Shown here in pieces: positions 26,841 through 40,554 of a stretch of 64,000 nt of DNA (positions are counted from its first letter, which is position 1; each line of letters starts with the position of its first letter). Below the pieces are notes generated by a model that worked only from the letters and a program-made list of their open reading frames with translations, was not told where the DNA came from and searched no databases. Both the position numbers and the translations under genes were made by a program. Origin of the DNA: the human T2T-CHM13v2.0 reference genome, Homo sapiens; NCBI RefSeq assembly GCF_009914755.1, contig NC_060932.1; one strand, given 5' to 3'.

Positions 26841-27574
26841 ATCCCAAGGTATTACCTTACCCTGACCCTAAGGTTATCCATACCTTAGTCCCAAAGTATG
26901 GATAATGAGCATTCTTTTCTCAGATTGCACCCACTCAACTGTGTTCTTTCATTTGCATTCATTTTGTTAATAAGGTGTAAAGGAATGTCATTCAGTATTT
27001 AAGTTTTTGTACCTAAACTTTTGAATTATTCAACAAAAGATGATGATGACACGTTTTCAAATATGACATTACGTCACAATTTGTTTACATTTACTCTTAA
27101 TTTGAACCATTTTTGGCATAAACCATACTGTATTTCTATATCTGGAAATCTGATCAACCTGTGCTGGACTAACTTTTAAATAACATGTGTAAAATATTTA
27201 ATTTTATGACTAATATCATCTAATTATATCTGATGCATAATATTACATTGCAGGGAGCAGGAAAATGCTAAATACATATTCCTGGACAATAACCATTTCT
27301 TGGGGGAGCTTCCTAATATCTAGCACAAAAATCGCTATTCGGTTCTCAAGGAGGTCAATGATTCTAAAATAATCTTTCAGCAATGTTATAAGGAAGATGA
27401 AAATATTAGACAGGAAAAAATGTTCTCTTCTCATTTATGCATGGTTGGGACATTTGTAGGCCTGAGTTATGAGTTATGCAGCAGACAAACCAATCCTGCC
27501 TGAGTAAAGGGCTTATGAAAAGGCATCTTGGGAGATAAATTTAGGGAAGTAGGTTCTGGCATGTTGAAAAGGTT

Positions 27575-27790
27575 TCGAGTGATAGATAAAAATATCAACT
27601 TTGGAGTGGAGTCTGCTAGTCTAGGGTAGGAACCTACCACTTACTGGCTATACAACTTTGGAAAAATTATATTCTTCTGTAAAATGGAGATAATATTAGT
27701 ATAACCTGCTGGAGTTGTTACAAAGATTAAAGAAACTCATACACTCAAAGTCATACGTGCAGTGCCTTGCATTTGGCAAACAGGCAGTGG
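27575..27790 (+). mobile_element. MIR
   Basis: actttggagt...ctaccacttactggct...ttctgtaaaatggagataata...cagtgccttgca. Confidence 0.75.
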
Positions 27791-30700
27791 GGAGCCAGTA
27801 AATGGCTTTGAGAAAGGGAAGAAGAGGACCAGAGTTGCACCTTGGACAGATCAATTTAACAGCAATGTTTTTGGCTGTCAGGAGTTGGGGAAGGATTGGA
27901 GGAAGGATTTGATGAACTGATGCAGGGCTTTCTAGAAAGGCTTCATTGCACAAAACAAGATAATTCTGTGGGTTGTACTGTTATGGGCATTGTCATGGGA
28001 GCTCTTAATAGACACTTACTATGAGTTACTACATAAGTTAGTTTTTCAAGTTATATACAAGGTCTATTAACTTATAAGAAAGCAATGGAACTTACTTAGG
28101 TATATAGTAAACATGAAAATGAACAGAAAATAGTTACAAAAAGATCCAAGAGATTTCTTTATCAAGAAAACAAAATAAGAGTATAAAATTAATTACTCTG
28201 TTCAAAGTAAGGAAAGGGTATTTTTATTTATTTTTTACATATGGGCACGTATCTGGGCATTTCATAGAATTTCTTTCCTTTTGTTTACTTGTGCTGAATT
28301 CTCAATTTAATTTTACTGCCCATCTTACATTACATCTGAATTTTATAGTCAAGTTGAAGGAATATACATTTTTTCTAGGTACATTTTGAGAAAAAACACG
28401 TAAATAAGTTTGAGTAACATTAAAAACAGTTAATTTTCCTAGTTATATGTTAGTTCACCAAAGCATCTTAAATTTTTTCAAGTACTTATTTGATATAATA
28501 AAAAGTTTGTTTTATAAACTCTGTCTCTGAAGTTTTCAGTTGTCATTACTGTTAATGGGTTTGGTGAAAATAAAAAATAAACGTGAGCTCTCTTCTTATT
28601 TTTCTATAACTTTAAGAGTGAAGAATGATCACTCACCCTGGGGGCTGGGCTGGAATCCAGGCAGTATCCAAAAAGAAAGAATGTCAACAATATATGGATC
28701 TGTGCAGTCAGTACTGGGAGTTGCACCTAGCACTCTCCACCATGCTGTCTAGATGGCATAGCCTTTCTATTTCTTGTATGTCAGAGTTTCTCAGCTGCTC
28801 TGGCTGACCATTGAACATTATATCTGTGCATTAAGGCCAAGTTGGAATTATTTAAGTTTCCTTTCAGGTAAATGTAGGGGAAAATATGCAAATCAATTTG
28901 ACTAACATTTAAAGGCATTTGTTCCTACGTTTAGATACTTTTCTTAGGTGATTTCTGCTCTTGTATTTTTCCTCTTACAAACAATACAAATTAATTTCAC
29001 AGTGAGATGGAAAGGTCAGTAAGAATTTTTTTTTTCAAGGGCTTGCTCTGCCTTTTTGACATGTCTTAAAAAATTCAGCTATGTACAATGTAGTCTACTA
29101 TACTAGAGTATTTTTACGTTTCTTTAAAAAATAAGCTAGTCATAAAATATTTTACTATATCACAAAGATGACAATTTTATTGTTCCCCTGTCTCTTATGG
29201 TATCCATGAGAAACACAAGTATTCAGTGAGCTATTATCTCACCAAAACACAAGTCAGTTGGAGTGGAAGAGACTGGAGACTTCATTTAATACAGACGTTT
29301 TGAAACTGAGGTTTACAGACTCCTGGGACCTCTACAGAGACCACTTAGCCCTGTCATGAGGAAAAGAGAGATGTGAATTTATTTTAAAATAATTTTAAGG
29401 ATTGAAAAACATATTTTGAAGGCCATTGATTTAGAAAATTGTACAACTGGAGATACAGTACAGTGCAGGTATACCCTGTTTCGCAATGCCAAGTAAGTGT
29501 GAATTTCTAAAATCAGTGAAGTAATTTTTTCATATTGAATAATATTTTACCGCCTTGCTTTATTTCAAGGAAATCTTTGATATTCTTTTCTAAATTAAAA
29601 AATTAAATTATTTTGTAATAATGTTTTATGGATTTTTAAGTAATTGAATTTTATAAATCAGAGGACTTCTATTAACTAATGTACCATTGGTTAAGTTCAA
29701 AATTTTTTTTTCTCATCTCAATGTTATTTTAGATCATCTCCAGTCCTTCTTTAGATGTACTACTAACTTACTGGGTAATTTTACTTCTTTATCAAACATT
29801 TTTTTAAAACTTTCTGAAATTGGCTAATAACATTAACAACATATTATGAGAAATGATTTTAATTTGAAAGCAAGTCTACAATTGTAAAATAAAATTTTAT
29901 TATTTAATAAAAGTCTTCTAAGGAGTTTGGAAATTATAACAAATAATAAAAGGTGAATGTTTTTAAAGATCACTGTAGAATTTTCAGCATCACAGCACAA
30001 AATCTGTATATGAGAAATTGATAGCTTCCTCTGCATTACTCTTTGTTGCTATGGGCATCTTGTGTGATTCCTTTCATCAATATTCTTCTAGTGTAGGGGT
30101 GAGGAGATGAGTGACCGGGAGGGAAAGAGGCAACCTGGTGAGCTCTTCAGTCCTTGGAGCACCTGTTATCCATGGATTTCAAAGCACTTAATCCTGTTTG
30201 ATGGTCCTGTGAGTTAAGAAGTGCTTTACTACTTGGCTGTGAACTTGTCATAGGTCTCCAGTACATTATTGGAAAATACAAGCCCTGGGCTATTTTCCTG
30301 ACTCCTGGGTCAACGTTCAAGTAAAGAGACAACACTTAAGCCTTGGCTGACAAGAGGATTGGATCCTGATGGCTAACACACTGCGTAATCAATCTTCTTG
30401 TGCCCTATTTATCCATATGTACAAAACCTGCAAAATTAAACATCCCCACATTACAAATCTCAGTGGATGGAGAATGATGATCTTCTTCTATGGAAATCTG
30501 AATAATTTAAAGACCACATGATTATGCCATGAAAAACTGAAGCCAAAGAATAGAATAACTTAAAAAGCCTTGTGATAAAATATAATTTGGAGGAACTACA
30601 TTAAGACATAACCCACTTATGAGATATTTATAGACTTTAACTTTGTAAAGGAACTTTGAATTTGACTGTGTTTATTAGTGAATGGGAATTTATTTCTCTA

Positions 30701-31335
30701 TTTTGAATGAGCATTTCTTGGCAGGCAAACTGTGCACAGGCTACAATGAGCTTCAATGAAGTGCTTTCACATTCCCTTCCCACTGAGTTGAAAGCCTTCT
30801 TATATTCTCTCAAGTGTGTTTCTTTTCCCATGGAGGATGTCTTTGTTGAAAATTGCTTCCTCTTCTCTTGATTATTGAATCAGATATTATATTCAGTTAT
30901 TCAATACTTTATAGAGTGTTGGTGAAAAATGAAATATAATGAGTGTGATTCTTCCTTATATTTTGAAGGCTATGTAGATTCAGCTCTAAAGAATTTAGTG
31001 GAGCTAAGCCAGAATTGGAAGAGGGATATTATTTGAGTTTTCTCTTTCTCTATAAATGTTCCCCCACTGCCTCTATCGTTATGACACTCTTCCTTTCCAG
31101 CATTTTCTTTATGTCTCAATAGCCAGAGTCAGCCCTCATCTCCTCATTTCCCTTTGTTCCTGCCCAGAGGAATCACATAGACTGAAGGTAATTTGCTATA
31201 ATTCCCAAACAAACCAATGTCCTATATTCCAGAATTTGATTTTCTCTTCCTTCTTTATTCATCATTAATATTAACCCGGCCTTAGAATGTTGCTCATCTG
31301 CTGAGAAGCAGCAGAATGAAATTAAGGAACCAAAG

Positions 31336-31376
31336 ACCCTAAAACTTAAAGTATACTAATAATAATATAAAAAAAA
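31336..31376 (+). mobile_element. Extremely 5'-truncated young L1PA 3' terminus
   Basis: accctaaaacttaaagtata matches the recalled L1PA end and is followed by an A-rich tail. Confidence 0.65.
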
Positions 31377-31609
31377 TCACGAATACCCTTTTCCACACTT
31401 GAAATTCAAACTGCCAAGAAATGGAAAAAGCCCTGAACGTTTATTAATCTTCGCTTTTGCTTCTTCATAGTTATACTGTGCATTATAAAAATATAGACTA
31501 AATCTTACAGCTATATTATTTTTGTCTTTTGGGGTGCTATGTTGTAATAATTTTATTTTGCTAATTCATAAACAATGTAGTTATTAGATCATAAATTCTG
31601 GAACAAAAT

Positions 31610-31770
31610 TCTTATAACAGTGTGTCTGTCAACTTCTCTGTTGTGTCTTTGTGCCTGAGATTTCTCATCTATAAAATGAAGATAAGTTTGTATTAAATAA
31701 GTTAATATATGTAGTGCTTGACATATTGTATATGCTGTACAAAGGCTTTCTGCTATTGTTATTTATTATC
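31610..31770 (+). mobile_element. MIR fragment
   Basis: tgtgcctgagatttctcatctataaaatgaagataa...ataagttaatatatgtagtgctt. Confidence 0.65.
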
Positions 31771-31774
31771 AAAG

Positions 31775-32934
31775 ATTTATTGAGCTCCTATATGTATCAT
31801 AATGGTGACCTTTTAGTGTTAACAGTGTTGGTGGAGGCAGATATTAATTCAAAATCATTTAAATAAATACAATACTGAATTGTGATATACATGTTGGTGA
31901 AAAATACAGGGAAAGAAGAAAAATAGAGTTGATGGAAAACAAGATTGAAAAATAGAGTTAGAGGAGGGGTCACTGATACTGAGAAACATGGGGAAGTGGG
32001 AGGGAAATGGAACTCGAGTTGGCTGTAGGAAAACACCTATTTTAAAAAAGAAATAATATGAGACTGTGACAAATGAAAGTATGTTCATAGGTTTGATGGC
32101 AGGAAATTTTCCTCTCATTGCATCTATTTACTCTGTGTAGTAGAAGGTGAAGCAATATACTGGGAATGAGGTTTCTGTGAAAGTCTGGTGGTTTGTAGAC
32201 AATGTAGGAGGGCAGAAATTGTCGTGCAGAACAGAAAAGTTACCAATAAATATGGTAAAATTGCCAGGAAGTCTTAAGTATTCCTTTAAGATTGGTGATT
32301 ATTAATTAATGTAAAGGTGTCAATATTACCTGTAGTGTGTTTTTTTCTAGCAAGTCTCAGCTGCCTGAAGTCAGGGCTGGAGAAAGAAGACTACTGGGGC
32401 CATCCAAATTTGGTGTCTTTAAAGTGGGTGAGATATATGTAAATGCAGAGAGGAACAGGAATTAGATAATATAAATGCAGTGATTCGAACAAGGTCTCAT
32501 AATGTAATCGGGTAAGGATAGAGGTGAAGTTCTGGAGACTAATTATAGAAAGATGGTAGAGGAATCAACAAATTGGAGTTTTCAGTTTAATAAGTTTTAA
32601 GGTTGTAGTTAGTTTAGTTAAATAATAATAATAAAATAATTTAAGAAGCTGATAGTGGCCAGGTGTGGTGGCTCACATCTGTAATCCCAGAAATTTGGGA
32701 AGCCAGGGCGGGTGGATCACAAGGTCAGGAGTTCAAGACCAGCCTGGCCAAGATGGTGAAACCCCCATCTCTACTAAAAATACAAAAATTAGCCAGGTGT
32801 GGTGGTGGGTGTTGTAATCCCAGCTACTCAGGAGGCTGAAGCAGAGAATTGTTTGAACCTGGGAGGCAGAGGTTGCAGTGAGCTGAGATCGCCCCACTGT
32901 ACTCCAGCCTGGGAGACAGAACGAGATTCCGTCT

Positions 32935-32968
<34 letters not shown>

Positions 32969-33300
32969 GATAGTAATCAGAATTCAGAAGACTTAAAGTA
33001 ACAAAATTAAGATTTGAAGAGTTTCAGGCATGCCAAAGTCCAGTGTTTGTTTGGGAGAGTGGATGGCCGAAGAGACAGTCACTGGAGATGAGGAGTTGAA
33101 GAAATGGGAGGCCAGAATTTGGGACGACTTGTCCATGTGGCTTTTAAAATCTCCCAGGATTATGGCAGAAATTGCTATGAATAGATATACTGTGAGCAAA
33201 GTACCAAGATTTTCAACAAATGTGAGGGCTGAGGGGCTGGGATCTTGACAGATGTGATTGTGAAAGTCATATAATTGAATGGATTGTGCTTCAAAAAAAC
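31775..33300 (-). mobile_element. L2 fragments interrupted by an Alu
   Basis: Starts atttattgagctcctatatg (antisense L2 3' end); purine-rich L2-like body (aggagttgaagaa, tccatgtggcttttaaaatctcccagg). Confidence 0.65.
32657..32963 (+). mobile_element. AluSg-like
   Basis: ggatcacaaggtcaggagttc...ggccaagatgg; ~30-nt A tail; TSD aagctgatagt at 32646-32656 and 32964-32974. Confidence 0.95.
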
Positions 33301-33712
33301 TGAATTTTATTATAAAAGCATAAGTGAATGATTGTCTACAGATATTGACATGAACAGTTCATAAAGAAAAAAACAATTTTATAACTCTTGCTTTCTAAAG
33401 AAAGTATGGTTTTCATGATTTTCTCATAATTTGTCATTAAAATACATTCTTTTGATTTTCACATAATTAAAGGTGAAATGTCAGTTTTGGCTTAAGGCCC
33501 AAACTGTCCTTTTAAAACTTGCCTGCCTTTAAAAATTTCAGTATTATTTAAAGAGCTTTGCCTTATATTTAAGCACATAAACACATATATTTTCTGTAGG
33601 TAGAAATACCATCATATAACTCATCAAACAATACCAGATATTTGATTGTATACTGAAATATTACAAATACTTAGATATTAAAAAATATGTTAGGGTGAAA
33701 TGTGTTTACAAG

Positions 33713-33846
33713 GATATGCAAAAACACACACACACACACACAGAGGAAAATTGTGATGATGAACTCAGTGTGTGTTAAAAGAAGATATGTGAAAATAAAA
33801 CATACACAGAGGAAAATTATGATGAACTCAGGGTGTGTCAAAATAG
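33713..33846. repeat. Two-copy tandem duplication (71-bp period)
   Basis: gatatg...acacagaggaaaatt(g/a)tgatgaactcag(t/g)gtgtgt occurs twice. Confidence 0.85.
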
Positions 33847-36117
33847 TTGCATACCACTTCATCCATGTTCATACATTAGAAAGGTGGTTTAATCACCCAT
33901 AAGAAATTACTAGCTTCTCTGTTCGTGAAGCATGACATTTCAATTGCACAGCCAATAAAAGAATTACATGAAGAGACTGAAATGATTTACTGTATGGCAA
34001 GCATCAAGACCAAGGTTACCATGGTGAACTACCTTCCTGCACACCCAAGGTCAAGTGAGAGTGACCCATCAATGGGCAATCCTCAATCACAACCTACTAA
34101 GGGATTGTTCTGATGATCATTAGTTGGATTCCTTCCTAAATACTAACGATGATTCTGTACCTGTTACTCGTATTTACCTTTAAAAATATCCATTTTAAAT
34201 TTAAATTTATGACTTAAAAACTGACATCATTGTTAAAGAGTTATTAGAAGAGCATTGGTGTTTCTCAGAACCTCATAAATTGCAGCTGTGCACTATAATC
34301 ATTTCCTGAAAGTGTGGGTAGGTTAGGAAATGTTTACACATTTTTAATGTAACATAAAAGAGATTCCAGTTGTGTTGTAGTTTTTAATGTTTAACCAGAA
34401 TCTTCTTTATTGTAAATACTATCTTTATTCCATTGGGAGGGAGAGGGAGAAAGAGTATAAATAGTGTATACATATTATAAAATATTGTTATGTATAATTA
34501 ATACCTTAAAAATGTCCAAAATTCTGGGAAGTTCATATATTGCTTTCTTCAGATACATTTTGTTGATGCATAAAAAGAGGACTGTACTAATAAATGTCTT
34601 TTGAATTACACATGGTGTAAGAAAATGAAAGCCTTTGGGTTATGAATCTTGGATTTAAAGAGGCAATCATCAAATATTTAAGATGAAAATGCAGTAACAC
34701 ATGCTAGCTGTCATGTGTAAGTTTGGTGAGCGTATGACAAGGTTTTTAAAACATTTATAGTTGGAGTATTTTTACGAAAATATTCATTAATTCAAACAGA
34801 CATTCGTATCTGGCAACCTGCATTTTAATCGTGATTTCTGGCTGCAAGAGAAAATCGGTAAAGCCATGAAAGAATAGGTGAAATATATAGCAATCATATT
34901 TAAATTATACATTATAAGGCATACATATCTGTATGTTGTCATATTATGCATTAAATTTAATGCATAAATCAAATTGTTATAATTCTGATGTCGCCAAAAG
35001 GCACAAAATATGACAAACAGGAATAGGCATGTAGATATTATCATATTCAATAATTCAATGAGCATTTGTTTTATGTAAATTAACTTTCTGTTAATAAAAT
35101 TTATACTCATTTATTATACCAATTCCATATGATAATTAAAAAAAGTCTTTTCTTCTCTAAAAATCATTACAAAATGTGAATAATGCATTTGTTTAATATC
35201 TATATAAACAAGATCTTACCATCAGATTAGTTCTGGAAATGAAAGTATTATTGATTTCTGTAATAATTTTGATAATATTGCTACACTGCAGTACTGAAGC
35301 TGCTAATCTCATTTTTGTGGAGAACTCTATGCATTTAAAGCAGTGTTTAAAGTTTCTGAAAGTAAACAATCTTTGGTTTTGTAGGACACGGCAATGTACA
35401 ATTTGTAGAAAATATACTTTTGGAATTAAATAGAACATACTGTGAAGAACTTGGAAAAAAGTTAAATTCCTCCTCAATTACTGTATTATATTTTCAATTA
35501 AAATAATATTGAAAGCAAATCCAATCGACTCTTAAGTTCTATATGCTTCTTTCTTAAAATTGGTAGGGGTCATGTTTAGGAGAATGGATTGAATAAACTC
35601 CCAAATGGCTGACTTAAAACCATGCAAAAAAGTTATAAAATGTCACTTTAAATGACAACAAATTATAATATTTCAGAATACATTGTTCATATTTATTTTG
35701 CAAAACGTGATGAAGCACTCTGTAATGGAAGTTTTTTTTTTCACTTTCATTATATTTTCATATTTAATGGTTTACTCAGGTCATATTATTATATGCATGG
35801 AACTTACCATCTGAATCATTCTACGGTTTCTACTTGAGCCCTGTAGGTATTCATGAAAGAAGTGAGCATGTTTTATAGATGCCTGAAGTTTTACAACTTT
35901 ACTATCATGGATGGAGATGCTTATAAAGTTTTTGACTTAGTTTAAAGAAACTAGGATTTCCTCTTTAAGGAAGGCCAATGAAGGTAACTTACAGACTAAT
36001 GAAGGAAATTCCATTTTAAACTTTAGGTAGCAAACTGAAGGATCAAATAAAGAACACTTAATATACACTAATTACATATCTCTACTCTATGGTACCAATG
36101 GGATGTTTAGAAAATTG

Positions 36118-36197
36118 TTAGGCTGAACCATATAATGTTGGTAATACTTGAACATTTTTGACTGAGGAGAATGGCAGTTTCATTTTGTTTAACTTAA
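36118..36197. mobile_element. MADE2 (mariner-derived MITE)
   Basis: 80 bp; degenerate TIRs ttaggctgaaccatat... / ...ggcagtttcattttgtttaacttaa. Confidence 0.7.
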
Positions 36198-37120
36198 AAT
36201 ATCATGCATATGTACTTCTTATTGTCTAAAGTACTTACTGTATACTCTGTACCTTTATATAGCACACTATTTGTTAATCAATAGTTTGTGAAAGCAACCA
36301 GTCCATAAGGAAAAGTATTCACACTTCCGTGAGTTCATGCATGCAAAGAGGGTCAGCATTCCAACAAGATTAGGCTCTGGTAATGATGTGGGTACGAGGA
36401 GATTGCTTATATGAGTACTACCAAGTTTGTTTTATACTAATTCATCTAATCACGTAATAATAAAAATATAAAATGTATATGAAAAATTGGGAAATAAAGA
36501 AGTTGAATTTTTTTTTTTACAATTTGTGACAGAGTGCTGACAAAACTGGATACTTAAAGGTAAAATGATACAAAAATAATTCATGTGTAAGCATGTGCAA
36601 TACAAGCCATAACATGATTATCAGTCATGGTAAACAGTTGTACAAGTTGCATGTGATGACATTGGAATGTGGGGAAAATGTTAAATTAATTGGTAATATA
36701 TTTATTAGAATAGTGAGCTTTCAAGAATATTTGGCTAAGTTACTGAATTTTCCATAATTTTAAGAAAAATTTTTAAAAATTTTGGATAAAACTTGAGTTG
36801 ACTAAATGCTTAATAGTAAAACTTAAAACTCATTGGGTTTACTCAAGGGATTTTTGACTTGAGAATCTAACCTCTATGTAAGTTCAAAGATAAAGTTAGA
36901 AAAATCGCAACTATCCTGAAGACAATATAATAAGATAACTGGACTTTCAATATTAATTTCCAAAGCATGTCAGAGATAAGAGCTTGTCATCAACTCTGGG
37001 GAAATGTTCTTCTGAGTTACATAAAATATTTGACACTTAGTAAGGGCATACTTAATATTTTAGGTTGTAGCAGTGCGAATGAAAAGTACAAGGACCCAAA
37101 ATACTAAAAAAGTATCAGTA

Positions 37121-37148
37121 TATAATCTTAATATATATTAAGATTATA
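37121..37148. repeat. Perfect 28-bp AT-rich palindrome
   Basis: tataatcttaatat|atattaagattata. Confidence 0.9.
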
Positions 37149-37740
37149 AATTATATGTATATATAATTATATACAAGATTATATATTAAGATTAAAATTA
37201 GTTTAATATAAATTTACTTTATAAAACTGAATGACTTTACATTTAAAAGCCTATTTCATAAGAAACTGGCACTCTTTCAGGTATTAATATCTAATATACA
37301 GATGGTAGACAAATGAGGTGAGTTACTTAACAGGTTAGCGTTAGTCATTAATTGCTTTTTAACACAACAAACAATCAAAAGAGAAGCTCTACAGTCACAC
37401 AGAATATAATTAAGTAACTTTAAGTAGGCAAATTCCTTTATTAGACATGATGGGGGACTTCAGTAAGCAATTAAATTGATAAGAACTTTTTTAAAAATGA
37501 ACACTCTTGCTTCATACAATATAATTTCTTTATACCAAACTTCCTTTTTGGTAATAATGTACTAAAATCTTTTAGCTTTATTTAGAAAATTCTTACTTAA
37601 GAATAAATTTGATTTACTCATCTTAGTAAGAAAGAAAAGTATACAAAAGTCTAATTGTCATAACCCACTAGTCATTTTATTCTGGTATTTTGTGTTGGTA
37701 TATACAAATGGGCGAATTATTTGACAAAAGTGTTGCGGGA

Positions 37741-38083
37741 CAGCAGTTCCCAACCTTTTGTCATTGAGACTGGTTTCGTGGAAGACAATTTTCCCATGGA
37801 CGGTGGGGCGGCGGGGAGGGGATGGTTTCGAGATGAAATTCTTCCATCTCAGATCATCAGGCATTAGTAGATTCTCACAAGATATGTGCAACCTAGATCC
37901 TTTGCATCTTCAGTTCTCATAGGGTTCGCGCTCCTATGAGACTCTAATGCCGCCACCGATCTGGCAAGGCGGAGCTCAGGCTGTAATGCTCGCTCACCTG
38001 CCACTCACCTCCTCCTGTGCGGCCCATTTCCTAACAGGACACAGACTGGTACAGGTCTGTGGCTTAGGGGTTGGGAACCCCTG
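37741..38083. mobile_element. MER1B (hAT-Charlie), full length
   Basis: TIRs cagcagttcccaacc / ggttgggaacccctg; internal agatcatcaggcattag and gcaacctagatcc. Confidence 0.92.
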
Positions 38084-40554
38084 TTGTGAGTGATACAAAG
38101 CAGAAAAAGTTTGATAAGTAAAACAAAATTGATTAAAAAAATTATCCATACAAGACGGAGTGGGGTGAATGCTGTGCTGAGTACAACAGTGATTTCTAAT
38201 ACTATACTACAGGTAGATTTCACTTGTGATAATTTTCAGGAGTCTGGAATGAAATGAAGAAAATTGAATATAGCGTTGTATACATGTTAGTATAAAATTA
38301 TAAACTGTTTCTAAATTTAATCTAAAGTTATGTTCATCCTATCTTTTTGGAGTCAAAATGTCCTATGTTTAGTGAAATAATGACATTTTAATATTCCTAC
38401 GTAACAAAATTAAATACTGACTATGCCAGGCTCTGCATTTATTCTATTTTAGTAACTTCTTGCTCCATGAAATGTGAAAGTCTTGGAACAACTGGTGCAG
38501 ACCAAAAACTATAGGAGCTGAGTTTAGGAAATTTAGTTTAAATGAAATAATCCATCCTGTGCAAGAAGAATCAGGAAGTTTCCTAGTTTTTATATTCTGC
38601 CATCCCTTTTTTACATATTCAATACTGAGAATAGATTATTTTCCCATATGATGCAGTCAAGGGATGTACTTTTCCTGCTTGTATGTCTGTTTTGAAAGTA
38701 GAACTGGGTGTGTATGAGGAGAGAATTGGCAATTAAGGGTTTGGATTAAAGATGCTACTCTTCATGCAAAATAAATAAAAAAGATCTGAAATAGCAATAA
38801 TTGAGTCTGTATTCTCAAGATAATTGGGATTACATTTTCATAGATTAGTCAATATATAAATAATTTGCTGTCATTTTATTGAGTTGGATATATGTTAAAA
38901 AATTAAGATAATATTTAATTTTTTAAGAAAAACTTGTCTTGCAAAAATACTTTTTTATGCCATGAAGCATAGGTACAACACACTCATTCCTCTTTAAAAG
39001 CTTCAGTTGATTTTTCAGTTGAGATAGCAAACACAAGATGATCCATGAATATGCTACATATTGCCTGAGAATATTTGGCTTCCTTAATTGATGAACTTAA
39101 GTCTATATTAAATCTTAAATTAAAAATACTTTTGGTGATATTCAGGCAATTCCCTTCATAAAATGTTTACTTGAGAGTACAAATGAACATAATGTCAGAC
39201 TGGAGAGAGGAAACCAGCATAATGATATTAAAATTATACAGTCATTTTTAAATAAATGATAAACAATGTCATTAATTTCTATCAATGTGATAACAATTTA
39301 CTATGTTTAGAAACAAGGAAATAGATATTAAGCAGCTTGTATTTGTCACAGAGATACAACATGGGTAACTGAGTAACTTTATAAAAAGCAAATTAAATAG
39401 TTTATCCCCTCTGTGTTAAAATTATGATCTGTTCCAGAAAATCTCTTAGGTTTACTTTGACCTTATGAAGGTCCATACATTTATGTTTCGTAATTTTTCT
39501 TCAATAGGCTTCTTTCTAATTTTCTTTAAGCTTTGACCTTTATCTCAAAATCAACGAAATTAATTAAACTCGATATCTTACATGTTAATTTGAAACTCCA
39601 ACTGTAATTTATTGCACCTGAAGTGGAAGAAACACAAATGGTTAATGCACTTGATCAAAATTCTGGATTGCTTATAGAACAGAGTCTAGGGAAATAACTT
39701 TTTGTGGGGCAGTCCATGTAGACAATTGATACTTTAAAATGTTACAACAAAAGAATTAAAAATCATTGTAAGTGTACCTGGAAGAACAAAGCAGCCCCAC
39801 TTTGATTTTGTTTGTAGAAAGAAGGAAAACAAATGTCTAGTTTCAGATTTTAAAGATCAGTGAGCAGAAGGTGACTTAGCAAAAAGTAAAGAAATGGTTT
39901 TAACCTTCAAGGTCTGCCTGATTTCTCTTCTGTGTAAGGAAGACATCCAGGCAGATGGCTCTATTATTTGGCAAAGGTGTTAATAGGCTTCATTGTTTGT
40001 GTACCGGCATCTAGCTTTCCTACAAGCACAGGACTGAAACCAGTCCTCAAAATAATGTAAAGCACTACCCGTGATTTAGGCCAGGGAATCTGAGGGATGA
40101 TAAGATAGGACTATATCCCTCTTCCTTAATGTGGATATAGTCTGTATCACCTCTAAAAATCATGGTGTGTTTTTTGAAGTGTGTGTGTATGTGTGTGTTT
40201 GTGTGACTGATAAATGCGAGGTAATTAGAAGTTAGAATAAAGCCAGAATGGAGAAAGAAAGTATATCCTTGTTAATTTCCCCATTTTTTAAATAGCAGAA
40301 AGTCAATACATGCAAAAAAGAATAATTCCTTGAAAAAAGTTTAAGTAATTTTTGTAAGGTCAGGGTCTATAAGATTTACATTTTGTTGTGTAACCGTAAT
40401 CCCCCGTTACTTAGCCTTATTTAATTGGATCCCATGCTCACTACTACATAATTTTTTTAATGATTTATCAATTTTAGAGCTTTGAAATTTTTGATTTACC
40501 TTTTTGTTAAAGAGATTTTTATGATCCACTAACCTTTTCTTTTTAAAAATTTCA

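Noticed and set aside
34740-34865. CpG-containing patch with a minus-strand acceptor (ttttctcttgcag) and a possible + strand 58-nt exon
   Set aside because: No convincing matching donor on the minus strand, poor pyrimidine tract on the plus strand, and peptides unrecognised
39945-39963. Second CTCF-like motif (caggcagatggctc)
   Set aside because: Two mismatches in the 5' core; expected by chance
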